Positions 14,530-25,084 of a DNA stretch of 64,000 nt are shown in pieces (position 1 is the stretch's first letter; each line of letters opens with the position of its first letter). Both the position numbers and the translations under genes were made by a program. The DNA is taken from the NCBI GenBank assembly GCA_963717705.1, contig CAVQWT010000006.1:153465-217464 (forward strand), in the 5' to 3' direction. The notes beneath the pieces are model-generated. The model ran no database searches and had not been told where the DNA came from. It saw only the letters and a program-made list of their open reading frames with translations. The DNA is from an uncultured beta proteobacterium (GTDB lineage: Bacteria; Pseudomonadota; Gammaproteobacteria; Burkholderiales; Casimicrobiaceae).

Positions 14530-15699
14530 CTACTTCTGTTCCATCAGCTTCACGAACCGGTCGAAGAGATACGCGACGTCGTGCGGTCCCGGGCTCGCCT
14601 CGGGATGCCCCTGGAAGCCGAACGCGGGCCGGTCGGTGCGCGCGATCCCCTGCAGGCTGCCGTCGAACAGCGACACGTGGGTCACGCGCACGTTCGCAGG
14701 CAGCGACGCGGGGTCGACGGCGAAGCCGTGGTTCTGGCTGGTGATGTGGACCTGGCCGGTGTCCTTGTCGAGCACCGGGTGATTCGCGCCGTGGTGGCCG
14801 AACTTCATCTTGACCGTGCGGGCTCCCGACGCGAGGCCCAGCAGTTGGTGGCCGAGGCAGATGCCGAAGGTCGGGACGCCGGCGTCGACCAGCGTCCGGA
14901 TCGCCTCGATCGCGTAGTCGCAGGGCTCGGGGTCGCCCGGGCCGTTGGACAGGAAGACGCCGTCGGGCGCGAGCGCCTGCACCGCGGCGGCCGGCGTCGT
15001 CGCGGGCACGACCGTCAGGCGGCAGCCGCGCGCGGCGAGCATGCGCAGGATGTTGTGCTTGACGCCGAAATCGTAGGCGATCACGTGGAAGCGGGGGGAC
15101 GGCGGCGCGCCGTGGCCCTCGCCGAGAGCCCAGACGCCGCCCGTCCAGGGGTACGGCTCGCGGCAGGTGACGACGCGGGCGAGGTCCTGCCCCGCCATGC
15201 TCGGCGCCGCGCCGGCGCGACGGACGGCGTCGGCGATCGCGGCGTCGTCGAGCGCGCCGCCGGCGACGATGCAGCCGTTCTGCGCGCCCCGCTCGCGGAG
15301 CACCCGCGTCAGCTGGCGGGTGTCGAGGTCGGCGATGCCGACGATGCCGTTGCCGACGAGCCAGGTCGAGAGATCTCCGGTCGCGCGGAAATTGGAGACG
15401 ACGCGCGACAGGTCGCGGATCACCAGCCCCTTGGCGCTGGGCCGCGCCGATTCGGCGTCCTCCGGATTGACGCCGACATTGCCGATGTGCGGGTACGTGA
15501 GCGTGACGATCTGCCCGGCGTAGGACGGGTCAGTCAGGATTTCCTGGTAACCCGTCATCGCCGTGTTGAACACGACCTCGCCGGTCGCGTGACCGGCGGC
15601 GCCGATCGAACGGCCGGCGAAGACGGTGCCGTCCGCCAGCGCGAGGGCCGCCGGAACGGCCGGGGCGAACAGCGGGGCGCGGGCAACGGACGCGGTCAT
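14530..15699 (-). CDS. carA: carbamoyl-phosphate synthase small (glutaminase) subunit
   Basis: ATG at 15699 gives 389 aa (..[31 protein letters not shown]) with the GATase triad region GICLGHQ. Lies 3 nt upstream of carB. Confidence 0.93.
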   Translation of the reverse strand: MTASVARAPLFAPAVPAALALADGTVFAGRSIGAAGHATGEVVFNTAMTGYQEILTDPSYAGQIVTLTYPHIGNVGVNPEDAESARPSAKGLVIRDLSRVVSNFRATGDLSTWLVGNGIVGIADLDTRQLTRVLRERGAQNGCIVAGGALDDAAIADAVRRAGAAPSMAGQDLARVVTCREPYPWTGGVWALGEGHGAPPSPRFHVIAYDFGVKHNILRMLAARGCRLTVVPATTPAAAVQALAPDGVFLSNGPGDPEPCDYAIEAIRTLVDAGVPTFGICLGHQLLGLASGARTVKMKFGHHGANHPVLDKDTGQVHITSQNHGFAVDPASLPANVRVTHVSLFDGSLQGIARTDRPAFGFQGHPEASPGPHDVAYLFDRFVKLMEQK

Positions 15700-15760
15700 G
15701 GCGGCAGGCTTAGAGGCGGAGAATGGGCACCCCTTGCGGGGCGGTCCGGACATGGAAAGC

Positions 15761-15809
15761 GGGAACGTCTGCGCGCAGCACGTTCCCGCCATCGAGTCGA
15801 CGAATTATA
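15761..15809 (-). promoter_or_regulatory. candidate carA promoter (-10 TATAAT) plus strong leader hairpin
   Basis: Minus-strand TATAAT at 15809..15804. Perfect 8-bp inverted repeat GGGAACGT/ACGTTCCC at 15761..15787, with further inner pairing. Both lie upstream of the carA ATG (15699). Confidence 0.4.
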
Positions 15810-15842
15810 CCCCGCGCCGGGCGGGACCGACAACCCGCCGGA

Positions 15843-16655
15843 TCAGGCGAAGCCGAGCACGTCGCGCATGTCGAACAGCCCGGCCCGCCCGTCGGCGCGG
15901 CACGCCGCCGCATAGCGCGCGGCGCGCAGCGCGCCGGCGGCGAAGTTCCCGCGCGACGCCGCCTTGTGCGTGAGTTCGACCCGCTCCCCGGCGCCGGCGA
16001 AGATCACCGTGTGCTCGCCGACGACGTCGCCCCCGCGCAGCGTCGCGAAGCCGATGGCGTTCGCCGGCCGCTCGCCGGTGACGCCCTGCCGCGCGTACAC
16101 CGCGCAGTCGGCCAGCCGTCGTCCGGCACCGGCCGCCGCCGCCTCGCCTAGGCGCAGCGCGGTGCCCGAGGGCGCGTCGACCTTGTGGCGATGGTGCATC
16201 TCGACGATCTCGATGTCGTAGTCGACCGCCAGCCGGCGGGCGGCCTCCTCGACCAGCGCGATCAGCACGTTGACGCCGACGCTCATGTTGGGCGCGAACA
16301 CGACGGGAACCGTGCGCGCGTGCGCGGCCAGCGCGTCTTTCTGCGCGGCGTCGAGGCCGGTGGTGCCGACGACCGCGGCGACCCCCGCGCGCGCGCAGGC
16401 CGCGACGTGCGCGAGCGTGCCCTCGGGCCGGGTGAAGTCGATCAGGACGTCGGCAGCGGCGAGCGCCGCGGCGACGTCGCTGCCCACCGTCACCCCGGTC
16501 GCGCGGCCGAAACGCTCGCCCGCGTCGCGGCCGACGAAGGGACTGGACGCGACGTCGAGCGCCGCGCCGAGCCGCAGGTCGGAGGCGGCAAGCGTCGCCT
16601 CGATCAGCGCCTGTCCCATCCGCCCGCCGGCGCCGGCGATCGCCACGCGCGTCAT
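15843..16655 (-). CDS. dapB: 4-hydroxy-tetrahydrodipicolinate reductase
   Basis: 270 aa. [14 protein letters not shown] and [15 protein letters not shown] motifs. ATG at 16655 overlaps the bamE stop (ATGA). Confidence 0.93.
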   Translation of the reverse strand: MTRVAIAGAGGRMGQALIEATLAASDLRLGAALDVASSPFVGRDAGERFGRATGVTVGSDVAAALAAADVLIDFTRPEGTLAHVAACARAGVAAVVGTTGLDAAQKDALAAHARTVPVVFAPNMSVGVNVLIALVEEAARRLAVDYDIEIVEMHHRHKVDAPSGTALRLGEAAAAGAGRRLADCAVYARQGVTGERPANAIGFATLRGGDVVGEHTVIFAGAGERVELTHKAASRGNFAAGALRAARYAAACRADGRAGLFDMRDVLGFA

Positions 16656-17158
16656 CGCGGATCGCGGAACAGGTCGACGAACCAGGTCAGCACGCCGCGG
16701 TCGTCGGCCGACGGCAGCTGGCCGATCGAGCGCTCGGCCGCGAGGCGATTGAGCTCCATCGCGGATGGCGGCATCTCGTCGCCTTCCCACCGCGCGAGCT
16801 TGTCGTCGACGAAGAACACGGCGAATCGCCGCTGCTCGCGGACGACCCCCTGGCGGGCGAACAGGTAGACGTAGTCCCAGCGGTTGTCGCGGAAGGCGCT
16901 GGTGACGAGCGGCGTGCCGAGGACGGCGCGGACCTGCACGCGGGTCTGGCCGACCTTCAGGCGGTCGACCATGTCCTGCGACAGCATGTTGCCCTGGTTG
17001 ATGTCGATCTTGAACACGCCGAACTGCTCGATCGCCGGGATGTAGGTGTTGATGGTCGAGCAGCCGCCGGCGGCGAGCGCGGCGGCCAGCGGCAACACCA
17101 ACCGGAGGCGTGCGCCTGCAGGGAGCGGAAAGCGGCGGGGGGGGCGAAATCGTGGCAC
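16652..17158 (-). CDS. bamE: outer-membrane protein assembly factor BamE (SmpA/OmlA lipoprotein)
   Basis: 168 aa. Lipobox LAAGGC followed by the SmpA_OmlA pattern (IDINQGN..V..LKVGQT..QV...LGTP). Conserved position beside dapB and fur. Confidence 0.8.
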   Translation of the reverse strand: MPRFRPPRRFPLPAGARLRLVLPLAAALAAGGCSTINTYIPAIEQFGVFKIDINQGNMLSQDMVDRLKVGQTRVQVRAVLGTPLVTSAFRDNRWDYVYLFARQGVVREQRRFAVFFVDDKLARWEGDEMPPSAMELNRLAAERSIGQLPSADDRGVLTWFVDLFRDPR

Positions 17159-17297
17159 GAGTCTGGCCGTTTGCGGAATGACCCACTATTATAGACGCGC
17201 CCGGACTTGCTGCCTGCCGGAATGACGGCCGGGGGGCCTCCGGTCGCCGCCCTCCTCCCGAGACGCCTCTCCCCGCCCGCGAGATCCCGCCCGCCCG

Positions 17298-17726
17298 ATG
17301 ACCAAGCCCCACGACCTCAAGAGCGCCGGCCTCAAGGCAACGCTGCCGCGGCTCAAGATCATCAGCCTGTTCGAGACCTCGCGGGTCCGGCACCTCACCG
17401 CGGAGGACGTCTACAAGCAACTGCTCGCCGATGGCGTCGACATCGGGCTCGCGACGGTCTACCGCGTGCTGACGCAGTTCGAGCAGGCGGGGCTGCTCGT
17501 CCGCCACCATTTCGAGTCCGGCAAGGCGGTGTTCGAGCTGGACGAGGGGCGGCACCACGACCACCTGGTCTGCATGCAGTGCGGCCGGGTCGAGGAATTC
17601 TACGATCCGGAGATCGAGAAGCGCCAGGCGAAGGTCGCGCGCGAGCGCGGCTTCGAGATCTCCGAGCACGCGCTCTACCTCTACGCCGAGTGCACCAAGC
17701 CGCGCTGCCCGCACCTGAAGAAGTGA
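17298..17726 (+). CDS. fur: ferric uptake regulator Fur
   Basis: 142 aa. [26 protein letters not shown] and a terminal C-x4-C (CTKPRC). Confidence 0.93.
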   Translation: MTKPHDLKSAGLKATLPRLKIISLFETSRVRHLTAEDVYKQLLADGVDIGLATVYRVLTQFEQAGLLVRHHFESGKAVFELDEGRHHDHLVCMQCGRVEEFYDPEIEKRQAKVARERGFEISEHALYLYAECTKPRCPHLKK

Positions 17727-17774
17727 CGCGCCGCCAGGCCGCGCGCGGTGCGCCGGCGCCCGGGCGTCCGCGGG

Positions 17775-19329
17775 TCAGGCGGGCGGCGACGCCGACGGAT
17801 CGCGGCGGTTGAAGTCGGCGAGCCGGAATCCCAGCAGCCACAGCGCCCCGAAATAGGCGGCGGCACCGGCGGCGCAGACCCACGCCAGGCGCGTCACGCG
17901 CGGCCACAGCGTGGCTTCCAGCCACAGCGACGCCGGTCCGGCGATCGCCAGCAGCACCGCGACCAGCACGAACAGCGCAACCACGGTCTTGGCGACGAAC
18001 AGCAACCAGCCGGGCCGCGGCGTGTAGATCCCCTGCTTGCGCAGGAACCAGAACAGCAGCCCGGCGTTGAGGCAGGCGCCGATCGACGTCGACAGCGTCA
18101 GCCCCGCGTGCCCGAGCGGAAACATCAGCACCACGGCAAAAGCCTGCGCGACCAGCACGGTGACGAAGGCGATCTTCACCGGCGTCTTCATGTTCTGCCG
18201 CGCGTAGAAGCCCGGCGCGAGGATCTTGACCAGGATCAGTCCCAGCAGCCCGACGCTGTAGCCCAGCAGCGCCTGCCGCGTCATCAGCACGTCGTTCACC
18301 GTGAACCGGCCGTACTGGTAGAGCGTCGACACCAGCGGCACCGCCAGCACCCACAGCGCGACCGCCGCCGGCAAGCGCGAGCAGGAACACGAGCCGCAGC
18401 CCCCAGTCGAGGAGCGCCGAGTAGGCGCCGGTGTCGCCGTCGCTGTGGTGCTTGGCCAGCGAGGGCAGCAGGACGGTGCCGAGCGCGACGCCCAGCATCG
18501 CGCTGGGAAACTCCATCAGCCGGTCGGCGAAGGTGATCCAGGAGATGCGGCCGTCGCCGAGCGCGGCGGCGAGCTGGGTGTTGATCAGCGCCGAGATCTG
18601 CGCCGCCGAGACCCCGATCACCGCCGGACCCATCGCGGAGAGCACCCGGCGCACGCCCTCGTCGCGCCAGTCGAAGCGCAGCGTCGGCAGCATCCCGATC
18701 TTCGCCAGGGGCCCGATCTGCAGCGCGAGCTGTGCGACGCCGCCGATCAGAACGCCCCAGGCGAGCGCCTTCACCGGCGGGTCGCAGTACGGCGCGAGGA
18801 ACACGGCCGCGCCGATGATCGAAAGATTGAGCAGCACCGGCGTGAAGGCCGGGATCGCGAACCGCCGGAACACGTTCAGCACGCCGCCGGCGAGGGAGAT
18901 CAGCGACACGAACAGGATGTACGGGAACACGATGCGGATGAGTTCCGCGGTGAGCTCGACCTTGCCGGGCGTCCGGGCGAAGCCGGACGCGAGCGCATAG
19001 ACGAGCCACGGCGCCGCGAGCACGCCGATCACGGACAGGCCGAAGAGCGAGATCGCCAGCAGCGAGGCGACGCGGCTCATCAGCGCCCGCGTCTCGCTCT
19101 CGCCCCGCGTGCGCCGGTACTCGGCGAAGATCGGCACGAACGCCTGCGAGAACGCGCCCTCGGCAAACAGGCGCCGCAGGATGTTGGGCAGCCGGAACGC
19201 CGCCTCGAACGCGTCCATCGCGAAGCCCGCGCCGAAGGCACTGGCCTTGATGCTCTCGCGGACGAGCCCGGTGATGCGCGACAGCAGCGTCATGCCGCTG
19301 ACCGTCGACAGCGCGCGCAGCAGGCTCAT
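17775..19329 (-). pseudogene. murJ: lipid II flippase MurJ (MviN) interrupted by a +1 frameshift near 18372-18375
   Basis: The N-terminal 319 aa ([21 protein letters not shown]...[13 protein letters not shown]) are in one frame. The C-terminal part ([23 protein letters not shown]...) is in another frame (track ORF 17775..18374). The span is 1555 nt, which is 3n+1. Confidence 0.8.
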
Positions 19330-19566
19330 CGGGCGGGCCAGGGTGAACGGCGGGGGATCTGCAGGCGGCGGGAGGGGAACATCCGGGAAAGCCAGGGGGA
19401 CGGTGGGAAGTCGGCGGGGGCGGTCGGGGACCGGACCGGCGGCGGCAGTCCGGAGAGCCGCCGGGACGTCCCGGCGGGGGTGGCCCGCGTCTTGCACGCC
19501 CGGCGCCAAGCTGCTATTATGCTAGGTCTTTTTCAGCAACTCAAAGCACACGAAGGATTTACAGCC

Positions 19567-19830
19567 ATGGCCAACTCCGTCCAAGCCCGCAAGCGCGCCC
19601 GGCAAGCGGAAGAAACCCGCCAGCGCAATGCGAGCCTCAAGTCGGCGCTGCGCACCGCGGTCAAGAAGGTCAAGAAGGCGATCGCCGCCGGCGACAAGGC
19701 CGCCGCCGCGTCGCAGTTCCAGGCGTCGCAGTCGGTCATCGACCGCATCGCCGACAAGAAGATCGTGCACAAGAACACGGTGTCCCGCACCAAGTCGCGC
19801 ATGGCGCAGGCGATCAAGGCCCTGGCCTGA
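19567..19830 (+). CDS. rpsT: 30S ribosomal protein S20
   Basis: 87 aa. [26 protein letters not shown]... Preceded by GAAGGA. Divergent from murJ, as in many proteobacteria. Confidence 0.95.
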   Translation: MANSVQARKRARQAEETRQRNASLKSALRTAVKKVKKAIAAGDKAAAASQFQASQSVIDRIADKKIVHKNTVSRTKSRMAQAIKALA

Positions 19831-19859
19831 CCGTCCGCCGTCGGCTCGCCGACACCAAC

Positions 19860-19886
19860 AGAGCGCCTGCGGGCGCTCTTTTTCTT
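19860..19886 (+). terminator. rho-independent terminator after rpsT
   Basis: AGAGCGCC-TGCG-GGCGCTCT stem-loop followed by TTTTCTT. Confidence 0.8.
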
Positions 19887-19931
19887 GGCCGGCGGGGCCC
19901 ACAGCCCGCTGCCGGCGACCACTGCCGTTGG

Positions 19932-20297
19932 TCAGACCGGCTCCCGCGGTTCGCCGGGGCCGACCGCGCCCCGCGGCGCCTGCCGCGGCGGCACCAGCGC
20001 CTGCGGCGATGCCAGCGCACCGGCGGTGCGATCGACGACGAGTTCGTTGTCGGCGGCGAATCCGAGCAGGAACTGGAACAGCCGCGGCTCCAGGTCCGCC
20101 AGCCGGCAGCCCACGACGACGGCCTTCACGCCGCCGACGGTGACGGGCCGCACGAACGGCGAGTACGCGAGCTTCTGGTCGGCGCCGAACGCCGACGTCA
20201 AGCCGGCCAGCCGCTCGGCCCAGTCGCTGGGCCGGAAGGGCCGGCCGGCCGTGGTGAGACCCCAGATGACGACGTCGTGATGACCCGCGGGATCCAT
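19932..20297 (-). CDS. DUF3579-like small protein
   Basis: ATG at 20297, 121 aa (MDPAGHHDVVIWGLTTAGRPFRPSDWAERLAG...). The pattern matches my memory of the betaproteobacterial DUF3579 family. Confidence 0.7.
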   Translation of the reverse strand: MDPAGHHDVVIWGLTTAGRPFRPSDWAERLAGLTSAFGADQKLAYSPFVRPVTVGGVKAVVVGCRLADLEPRLFQFLLGFAADNELVVDRTAGALASPQALVPPRQAPRGAVGPGEPREPV

Positions 20298-20368
20298 GAC
20301 GCGGCGGATTCTAGCATCGCCGTGGCGGCGCCCGCGGCGCGCGGGTGCCGCGCCGACGGATGGTCCGG

Positions 20369-21565
20369 CTAGGCGCCTGCGGGCGCCGGCGCAGCCGGTC
20401 GCCGGCCGGTCAGCAGATAGGCGAGGAGATCGCCGACGGGGCGGATCTCGGAGCCGAAGGGAAGCGACGCGGCGCCGCGGAAGAACAGCCCCTTGCCGAC
20501 GTCGCCGCCGAGCCCCTCGGCGAGTTTCTGGTCGATGCAGAACTGGCCCGCCCCGGCGTTGCCGTCGCGCAGCCCGCACTGGACGAGGCAGTCGAACTTG
20601 AGCGTGCAGCGCGGCTTCTTGCGCGCAACCGCGGTGAGCTTCGGCAGGTGCTCGATGTACTTCGCGAGCCAGGGCGTGCGCACCGCACGCGCCGGCAGGC
20701 CGGCGACGCTCATGAACTCGACGATGTCCTCCGGCGCCGCCCCGGCAAGCACGCGCTTGAAATCGGCGTCGGCGTCCCCCTCCTCGGTGACCGCGAACGC
20801 GGTGCCGAGCTGCACCCCCGACGCGCCGAGCGCGAGGAGTTCACGGACACGCTCGTGGGAATTGATGCCCCCGGCCGGGATCAGCGGGATCGCGCCGTCG
20901 GCGATGCCCTCGGCGCGGAAGAACGCGAGCGCTTCCGGAATCACGTTCTCGAAGTCGAAACGCGGGTCGGCGAGGTCGGCGATCTTCGCCGCGCCGAGAT
21001 GCCCGCCGGCGTAGCGCGGATGCTCGATCACGATCGCGTCCGGCAGGCGCCCCTTGCGCGCCCACTTCTTCACGATCAGCGCGATGCCGCGGGCGTCGGA
21101 CAGGATCGGGATCAGCGCGACGTCGGGGTGGGCGGCCGCGAGGTCGGGCAGGTCGAGCGGCAGCCCGGCGCCGACGACGATCGCGTCGGCGCCGCTGGCG
21201 CAGGCCTGCCGCACGTAGCGGGCGTATTCCGACACGGCGCGCATCACGTTGACCGCCACCATGCCGCGCCCGGCAGCCAGCGCGCGCGCGGCCACGATCT
21301 CGCGGTCGAGCGCGACCAGGTTCGCCGCGTCGACTTCGGGCTTCGCCGCGTGCGCCGTCGCCGCGAGCAGGTCGGGGTGGTGCCGGCGCAGGTCGACGCT
21401 GGCGATGGTGCCGACGGCCCCCAGCGACGCGACGGTGCCGGCGAGCCGGTGCGCCGACACGCCGACGCCCATGCCGCCCTGCACGATCGGCAGCAGTCGG
21501 CGCCCGCGGATCACCAGCGGCGGCAGGTCGGCGGCTTGGGGAAGGCTGGGCGCAGGCGCATTCAT
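20369..21565 (-). CDS. NMO-family (nitronate monooxygenase / 2-nitropropane dioxygenase-like) FMN oxidoreductase
   Basis: ATG at 21565 after GGAGG, 398 aa. Motifs PIVQGGMGVGVS and IPAGGI, plus a Cys-containing C-terminal extension. Confidence 0.85.
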   Translation of the reverse strand: MNAPAPSLPQAADLPPLVIRGRRLLPIVQGGMGVGVSAHRLAGTVASLGAVGTIASVDLRRHHPDLLAATAHAAKPEVDAANLVALDREIVAARALAAGRGMVAVNVMRAVSEYARYVRQACASGADAIVVGAGLPLDLPDLAAAHPDVALIPILSDARGIALIVKKWARKGRLPDAIVIEHPRYAGGHLGAAKIADLADPRFDFENVIPEALAFFRAEGIADGAIPLIPAGGINSHERVRELLALGASGVQLGTAFAVTEEGDADADFKRVLAGAAPEDIVEFMSVAGLPARAVRTPWLAKYIEHLPKLTAVARKKPRCTLKFDCLVQCGLRDGNAGAGQFCIDQKLAEGLGGDVGKGLFFRGAASLPFGSEIRPVGDLLAYLLTGRRPAAPAPAGA

Positions 21566-21669
21566 GGGATTACCTCCGTGCCGCGCGCGCCGGCCATCGC
21601 CCATGGGGCGGCTCCATGCGCGGAAGACCGCGGGTCTGCGGACACTACGCGCCGCGGCGGGATGACGCA

Positions 21670-21683
21670 TTGACACGGATCAA
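21670..21683. promoter_or_regulatory. FNR/Anr-like box TTGACacggATCAA
   Basis: One mismatch to TTGAT-N4-ATCAA. Lies in the divergent NMO/argF intergenic region. Confidence 0.45.
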
Positions 21684-21795
21684 CCGCGGGCCGGGCCGGA
21701 CCGGCGGGTCCCGCGTGCTAAAATGTTGTTTTGACTGAAGTTGACGGGCCGGGCCGCGCGATTGCGCGCGCCGCGCCGCCCGCGGTCGCTTCCCC

Positions 21796-22725
21796 ATGGC
21801 CCCCGAACCCCCCAAGCACTTCCTGCAGTTCAAGGATTTCTCGCCCGAGGAGTTCGCCCACCTGATCGCCCGGACGCGCTGGATCAAGGATCGGTTCAAG
21901 CGCTACGAGCTCTACCAGCCGCTGCGCGACCGCACGCTGGCGATGGTGTTCGAGAAGGCCAGCACCCGCACCCGGGTGTCGTTCGAGGCGGGCATGAACC
22001 AGCTCGGCGGCATCGCGATCAACCTGACGCGCGGCGACACGCAGCTCTCGCGCGGTGAGCCGATCGAGGACCTCGCCCGCGTGATCTCGCGGATGGTCGA
22101 CGTCGTGATGATCCGCACCTTCGAGCAGACGATCATCGAACGCTTCGCCGCCCACTCGCGGGTGCCGGTGATCAACGGCCTCACCAACGAACACCACCCG
22201 TGCCAGATCCTGGCCGACGTCTACACCTACGTCGAGCATCGCGGCGGCATCGCGGGGCGCACCGTGGCGTGGATCGGCGACGCCAACAACATGCTGACGA
22301 GCTGGCTGCAGGCGGCGGCGAGCTTCGGCTTCACCGTCAACGTGTCGTCGCCCGCGGGCTACGCCCTCGACGTCGGCACGCTGCCCGCGGCCGAGCGCGC
22401 GCGCTGCGCGGTCTTCGGCGACCCGATGGACGCCTGCCGCGGCGCCGACCTCGTCACGACCGACGTCTGGACCAGCATGGGCTTCGAGGAAGAGAACGCC
22501 GCGCGGCTCGCCGCGTTCGCCGACTGGCAGGTCGACGCCGCGATGATGAAGCAGGCGAAGCCCGATGCGCTGTTCATGCACTGCCTGCCAGCGCACCGCG
22601 GGGAGGAAGTCGCCGCCGAGGTCATCGACGGCCCGCAGAGCGCCGTCTGGGACGAGGCCGAGAACCGCCTGCACGCGCAGAAGGCGCTCCTCGAATACGT
22701 CGTGTGCGGCCGCATCACCGGCTGA
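21796..22725 (+). CDS. argF: ornithine carbamoyltransferase
   Basis: 309 aa. Motifs STRTRVSFE, HPCQ and the HCLP(AHRGEE) region. Confidence 0.93.
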   Translation: MAPEPPKHFLQFKDFSPEEFAHLIARTRWIKDRFKRYELYQPLRDRTLAMVFEKASTRTRVSFEAGMNQLGGIAINLTRGDTQLSRGEPIEDLARVISRMVDVVMIRTFEQTIIERFAAHSRVPVINGLTNEHHPCQILADVYTYVEHRGGIAGRTVAWIGDANNMLTSWLQAAASFGFTVNVSSPAGYALDVGTLPAAERARCAVFGDPMDACRGADLVTTDVWTSMGFEEENAARLAAFADWQVDAAMMKQAKPDALFMHCLPAHRGEEVAAEVIDGPQSAVWDEAENRLHAQKALLEYVVCGRITG

Positions 22726-22843
22726 ACGCCAGGTCCCGAATGTTCCGGCGTCGCCTCCCCTCGTCCCCGCTCGCGCCGGCCACCCGGCACGGGCACGCCC
22801 AACCCGGTTGCCGCCGCGGCGCCCCCTCCCCCGGAGTACCCGC

Positions 22844-23812
22844 ATGAAACGACGCCACGCGCTCGCCGTCCTGACGCTCGCCGCCGCCACCCTGGCCGGA
22901 CCCGCAATGGCGCAGGCCTGGCCCGACAAGCCGATCCGCTTCGTGATGACCGCGCCCGCGGGGAGTTCGATCGACGTGCTCGGGCGCACCATCGCCGACA
23001 AGCTCAAGGACCGGCTCGGCCAGCCGGTCATCGTCGACAACAAGCCGGCGGCCGGCGGCACCGTGGCCGTCGCGGAGGTCGCGAAGTCCGCGCCCGACGG
23101 CTACACGATGGTCCTCGGCTTCAACGGCCCGCTGGCGTTCGGCCCGCTGCTGCAGAAGCTGCCCTACGACGTGGCGAAGGACCTGGCGCCGGTGATCGTC
23201 ACGTCGAGCCAGCCGAACGTGCTGGCGGTGAACGCCGCGCTGCCGGTGAAGAACCTGGCCGAGCTCGTCGCCTACGCAAAGGCGAACCCGGGCAAGCTCA
23301 ACTACGCGTCGGTCGGCAACGGCAGCTCGTCGCACCTCAACATGGAGCTGCTGAAGTCGATGGCAGGCATCGACGTCGTCCACGTTCCGTTCAACGGGTC
23401 GCCGCCGGCGGTGACCGCGACGGTGCAGGGCGAGACGCAGATGATGTTCGCCGTGATGCAGCCGCTGCAGCCCCAGGTGCAGGCGGGAAAGCTGCGCGCG
23501 ATCGCGGTCACCACGGCGAAGCGCTTCCCCCTGCTGCCCGAGCTGCCGGCGATCGCCGAGTCGGGGTATCCCGGCTTCGAAGCGCTGGCCTGGAACGGTG
23601 TGATGGTCCCCGCGGGCACGCCGCGCGCGGTGGTCGCGCGCCTGAACGCCGAGATCGACGCGGTGCTCAGGCAACCCGACGTCGTGCAGAAGATGAACGC
23701 CGCGGGCTTCCAGCTGATCGGCGGCGCGCCGGAGGACCTCGCCACGCTGATCAGGACGGAGACCGAGCGCTGGACGCCGGTGATCCGCCGCCTCGGACTC
23801 AAGATCGACTGA
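22844..23812 (+). CDS. Bug-family (TctC-like) periplasmic solute-binding protein
   Basis: ATG at 22844, 322 aa. Signal peptide [34 protein letters not shown], then typical Bug motifs (VDNKPGAGG-like, [13 protein letters not shown]). Confidence 0.9.
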   Translation: MKRRHALAVLTLAAATLAGPAMAQAWPDKPIRFVMTAPAGSSIDVLGRTIADKLKDRLGQPVIVDNKPAAGGTVAVAEVAKSAPDGYTMVLGFNGPLAFGPLLQKLPYDVAKDLAPVIVTSSQPNVLAVNAALPVKNLAELVAYAKANPGKLNYASVGNGSSSHLNMELLKSMAGIDVVHVPFNGSPPAVTATVQGETQMMFAVMQPLQPQVQAGKLRAIAVTTAKRFPLLPELPAIAESGYPGFEALAWNGVMVPAGTPRAVVARLNAEIDAVLRQPDVVQKMNAAGFQLIGGAPEDLATLIRTETERWTPVIRRLGLKID

Positions 23813-23834
23813 ACCGGAACCCTTCCCCCACGCC

Positions 23835-25073
23835 ATGCCTACCTCCATGAAACCCAAGAAAGTCGTCCTCGCCTACTCCGGCGGACTCGACACCTCCGTC
23901 ATCCTCAAGTGGCTGCAGGACACCTACGGCTGCGAAGTCATCACCTTCACCGCCGACATCGGCCAGGGCGAGGAGGTCGAGCCGGCGCGCCGGAAGGCGG
24001 AGCTGCTCGGCATCAAGAAGAAGAACATCCACGTCGAGGACCTGCGCGAGGAGTTCGTCCGCGACTTCGTGTTCCCGATGTTCCGCGCCAACGCCGTCTA
24101 CGAGGGCGAATACCTGCTCGGCACGTCCATCGCGCGCCCGCTGATCGGCAAGCGCCTGGTCGAGATCGCCCGGGAGACGGGCGCCGACGCGGTCAGCCAC
24201 GGCGCGACCGGCAAGGGCAACGACCAGGTCCGCTTCGAGCTCACCGCGTACGCGCTGATGCCCGACGTCAAGATCATCGCGCCGTGGCGCGAGTGGGACC
24301 TGCTGTCGCGCGAGAAGCTGCTGGCCTACGCCGACAAGCACGGCATCCCGGTCGACTTCAAGAAACGCAAGGGCGGCGCGCCGTACTCGATGGACGCCAA
24401 CCTGCTGCACATCAGCTACGAGGGCGGGATCCTCGAGGACCCGAACTTCGAGCCCGAGGCGTCGATGTGGCGCCGCACCGTGTCGCCCGAAAAGGCGCCG
24501 GGCAAGGCGCAGGTGGTCGAGCTCGAGTACCGGCACGGCGACATCGTGGCGATCGACGGGAAGAAGCTCTCGCCGGCGCAGGTGCTGACCACGCTCAACG
24601 AGTATGGCGGCCGCCACGGCATCGGCCGCCTCGACATGGTCGAGAACCGCTACGTCGGCATGAAGTCGCGCGGCTGCTACGAGACGCCCGGCGGCACGAT
24701 CATGCTGAAGGCGCACCGCGCGATGGAGTCGCTCACCCTCGACCGCGAGGTGCTCGCGCTCAAGGACGACCTGATGCCCCGCTACGCGCGGATGGTCTAC
24801 AACGGCTACTGGTACAGCCCGGAGCGCACGCTGCTGCAGGGCCTGATCGATGCTTCGCAGGCGACGGTCAACGGCACCGTGCGGCTCAAGCTCTACAAGG
24901 GCACGATCCTGTGCATCGGCCGCGCGTCGAAGCACGACTCGCTGTTCGACACGACCATCGCGACGTTCGAGGACGACGCTGGCGCGTACGACCAGAAGGA
25001 CGCCGAGGGCTTCATCAAGCTCAACGCGCTGCGCCTGCGCATCGGCGCCAATCGCCGCAAGCGCAGCAAGTAG
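23835..25073 (+). CDS. argG: argininosuccinate synthase
   Basis: 412 aa. [14 protein letters not shown] and [13 protein letters not shown] motifs. Confidence 0.96.
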   Translation: MPTSMKPKKVVLAYSGGLDTSVILKWLQDTYGCEVITFTADIGQGEEVEPARRKAELLGIKKKNIHVEDLREEFVRDFVFPMFRANAVYEGEYLLGTSIARPLIGKRLVEIARETGADAVSHGATGKGNDQVRFELTAYALMPDVKIIAPWREWDLLSREKLLAYADKHGIPVDFKKRKGGAPYSMDANLLHISYEGGILEDPNFEPEASMWRRTVSPEKAPGKAQVVELEYRHGDIVAIDGKKLSPAQVLTTLNEYGGRHGIGRLDMVENRYVGMKSRGCYETPGGTIMLKAHRAMESLTLDREVLALKDDLMPRYARMVYNGYWYSPERTLLQGLIDASQATVNGTVRLKLYKGTILCIGRASKHDSLFDTTIATFEDDAGAYDQKDAEGFIKLNALRLRIGANRRKRSK

Positions 25074-25084
25074 CCGCGCGACCG

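Noticed and set aside
17176-17196. Fur-box-like AT-rich stretch (GGAATGACCCACTATTATAGA) between bamE and fur.
   Set aside because: Only a partial match to the GATAATGATAATCATTATC consensus, and it needs a gap. It is not convincing without a scoring matrix.
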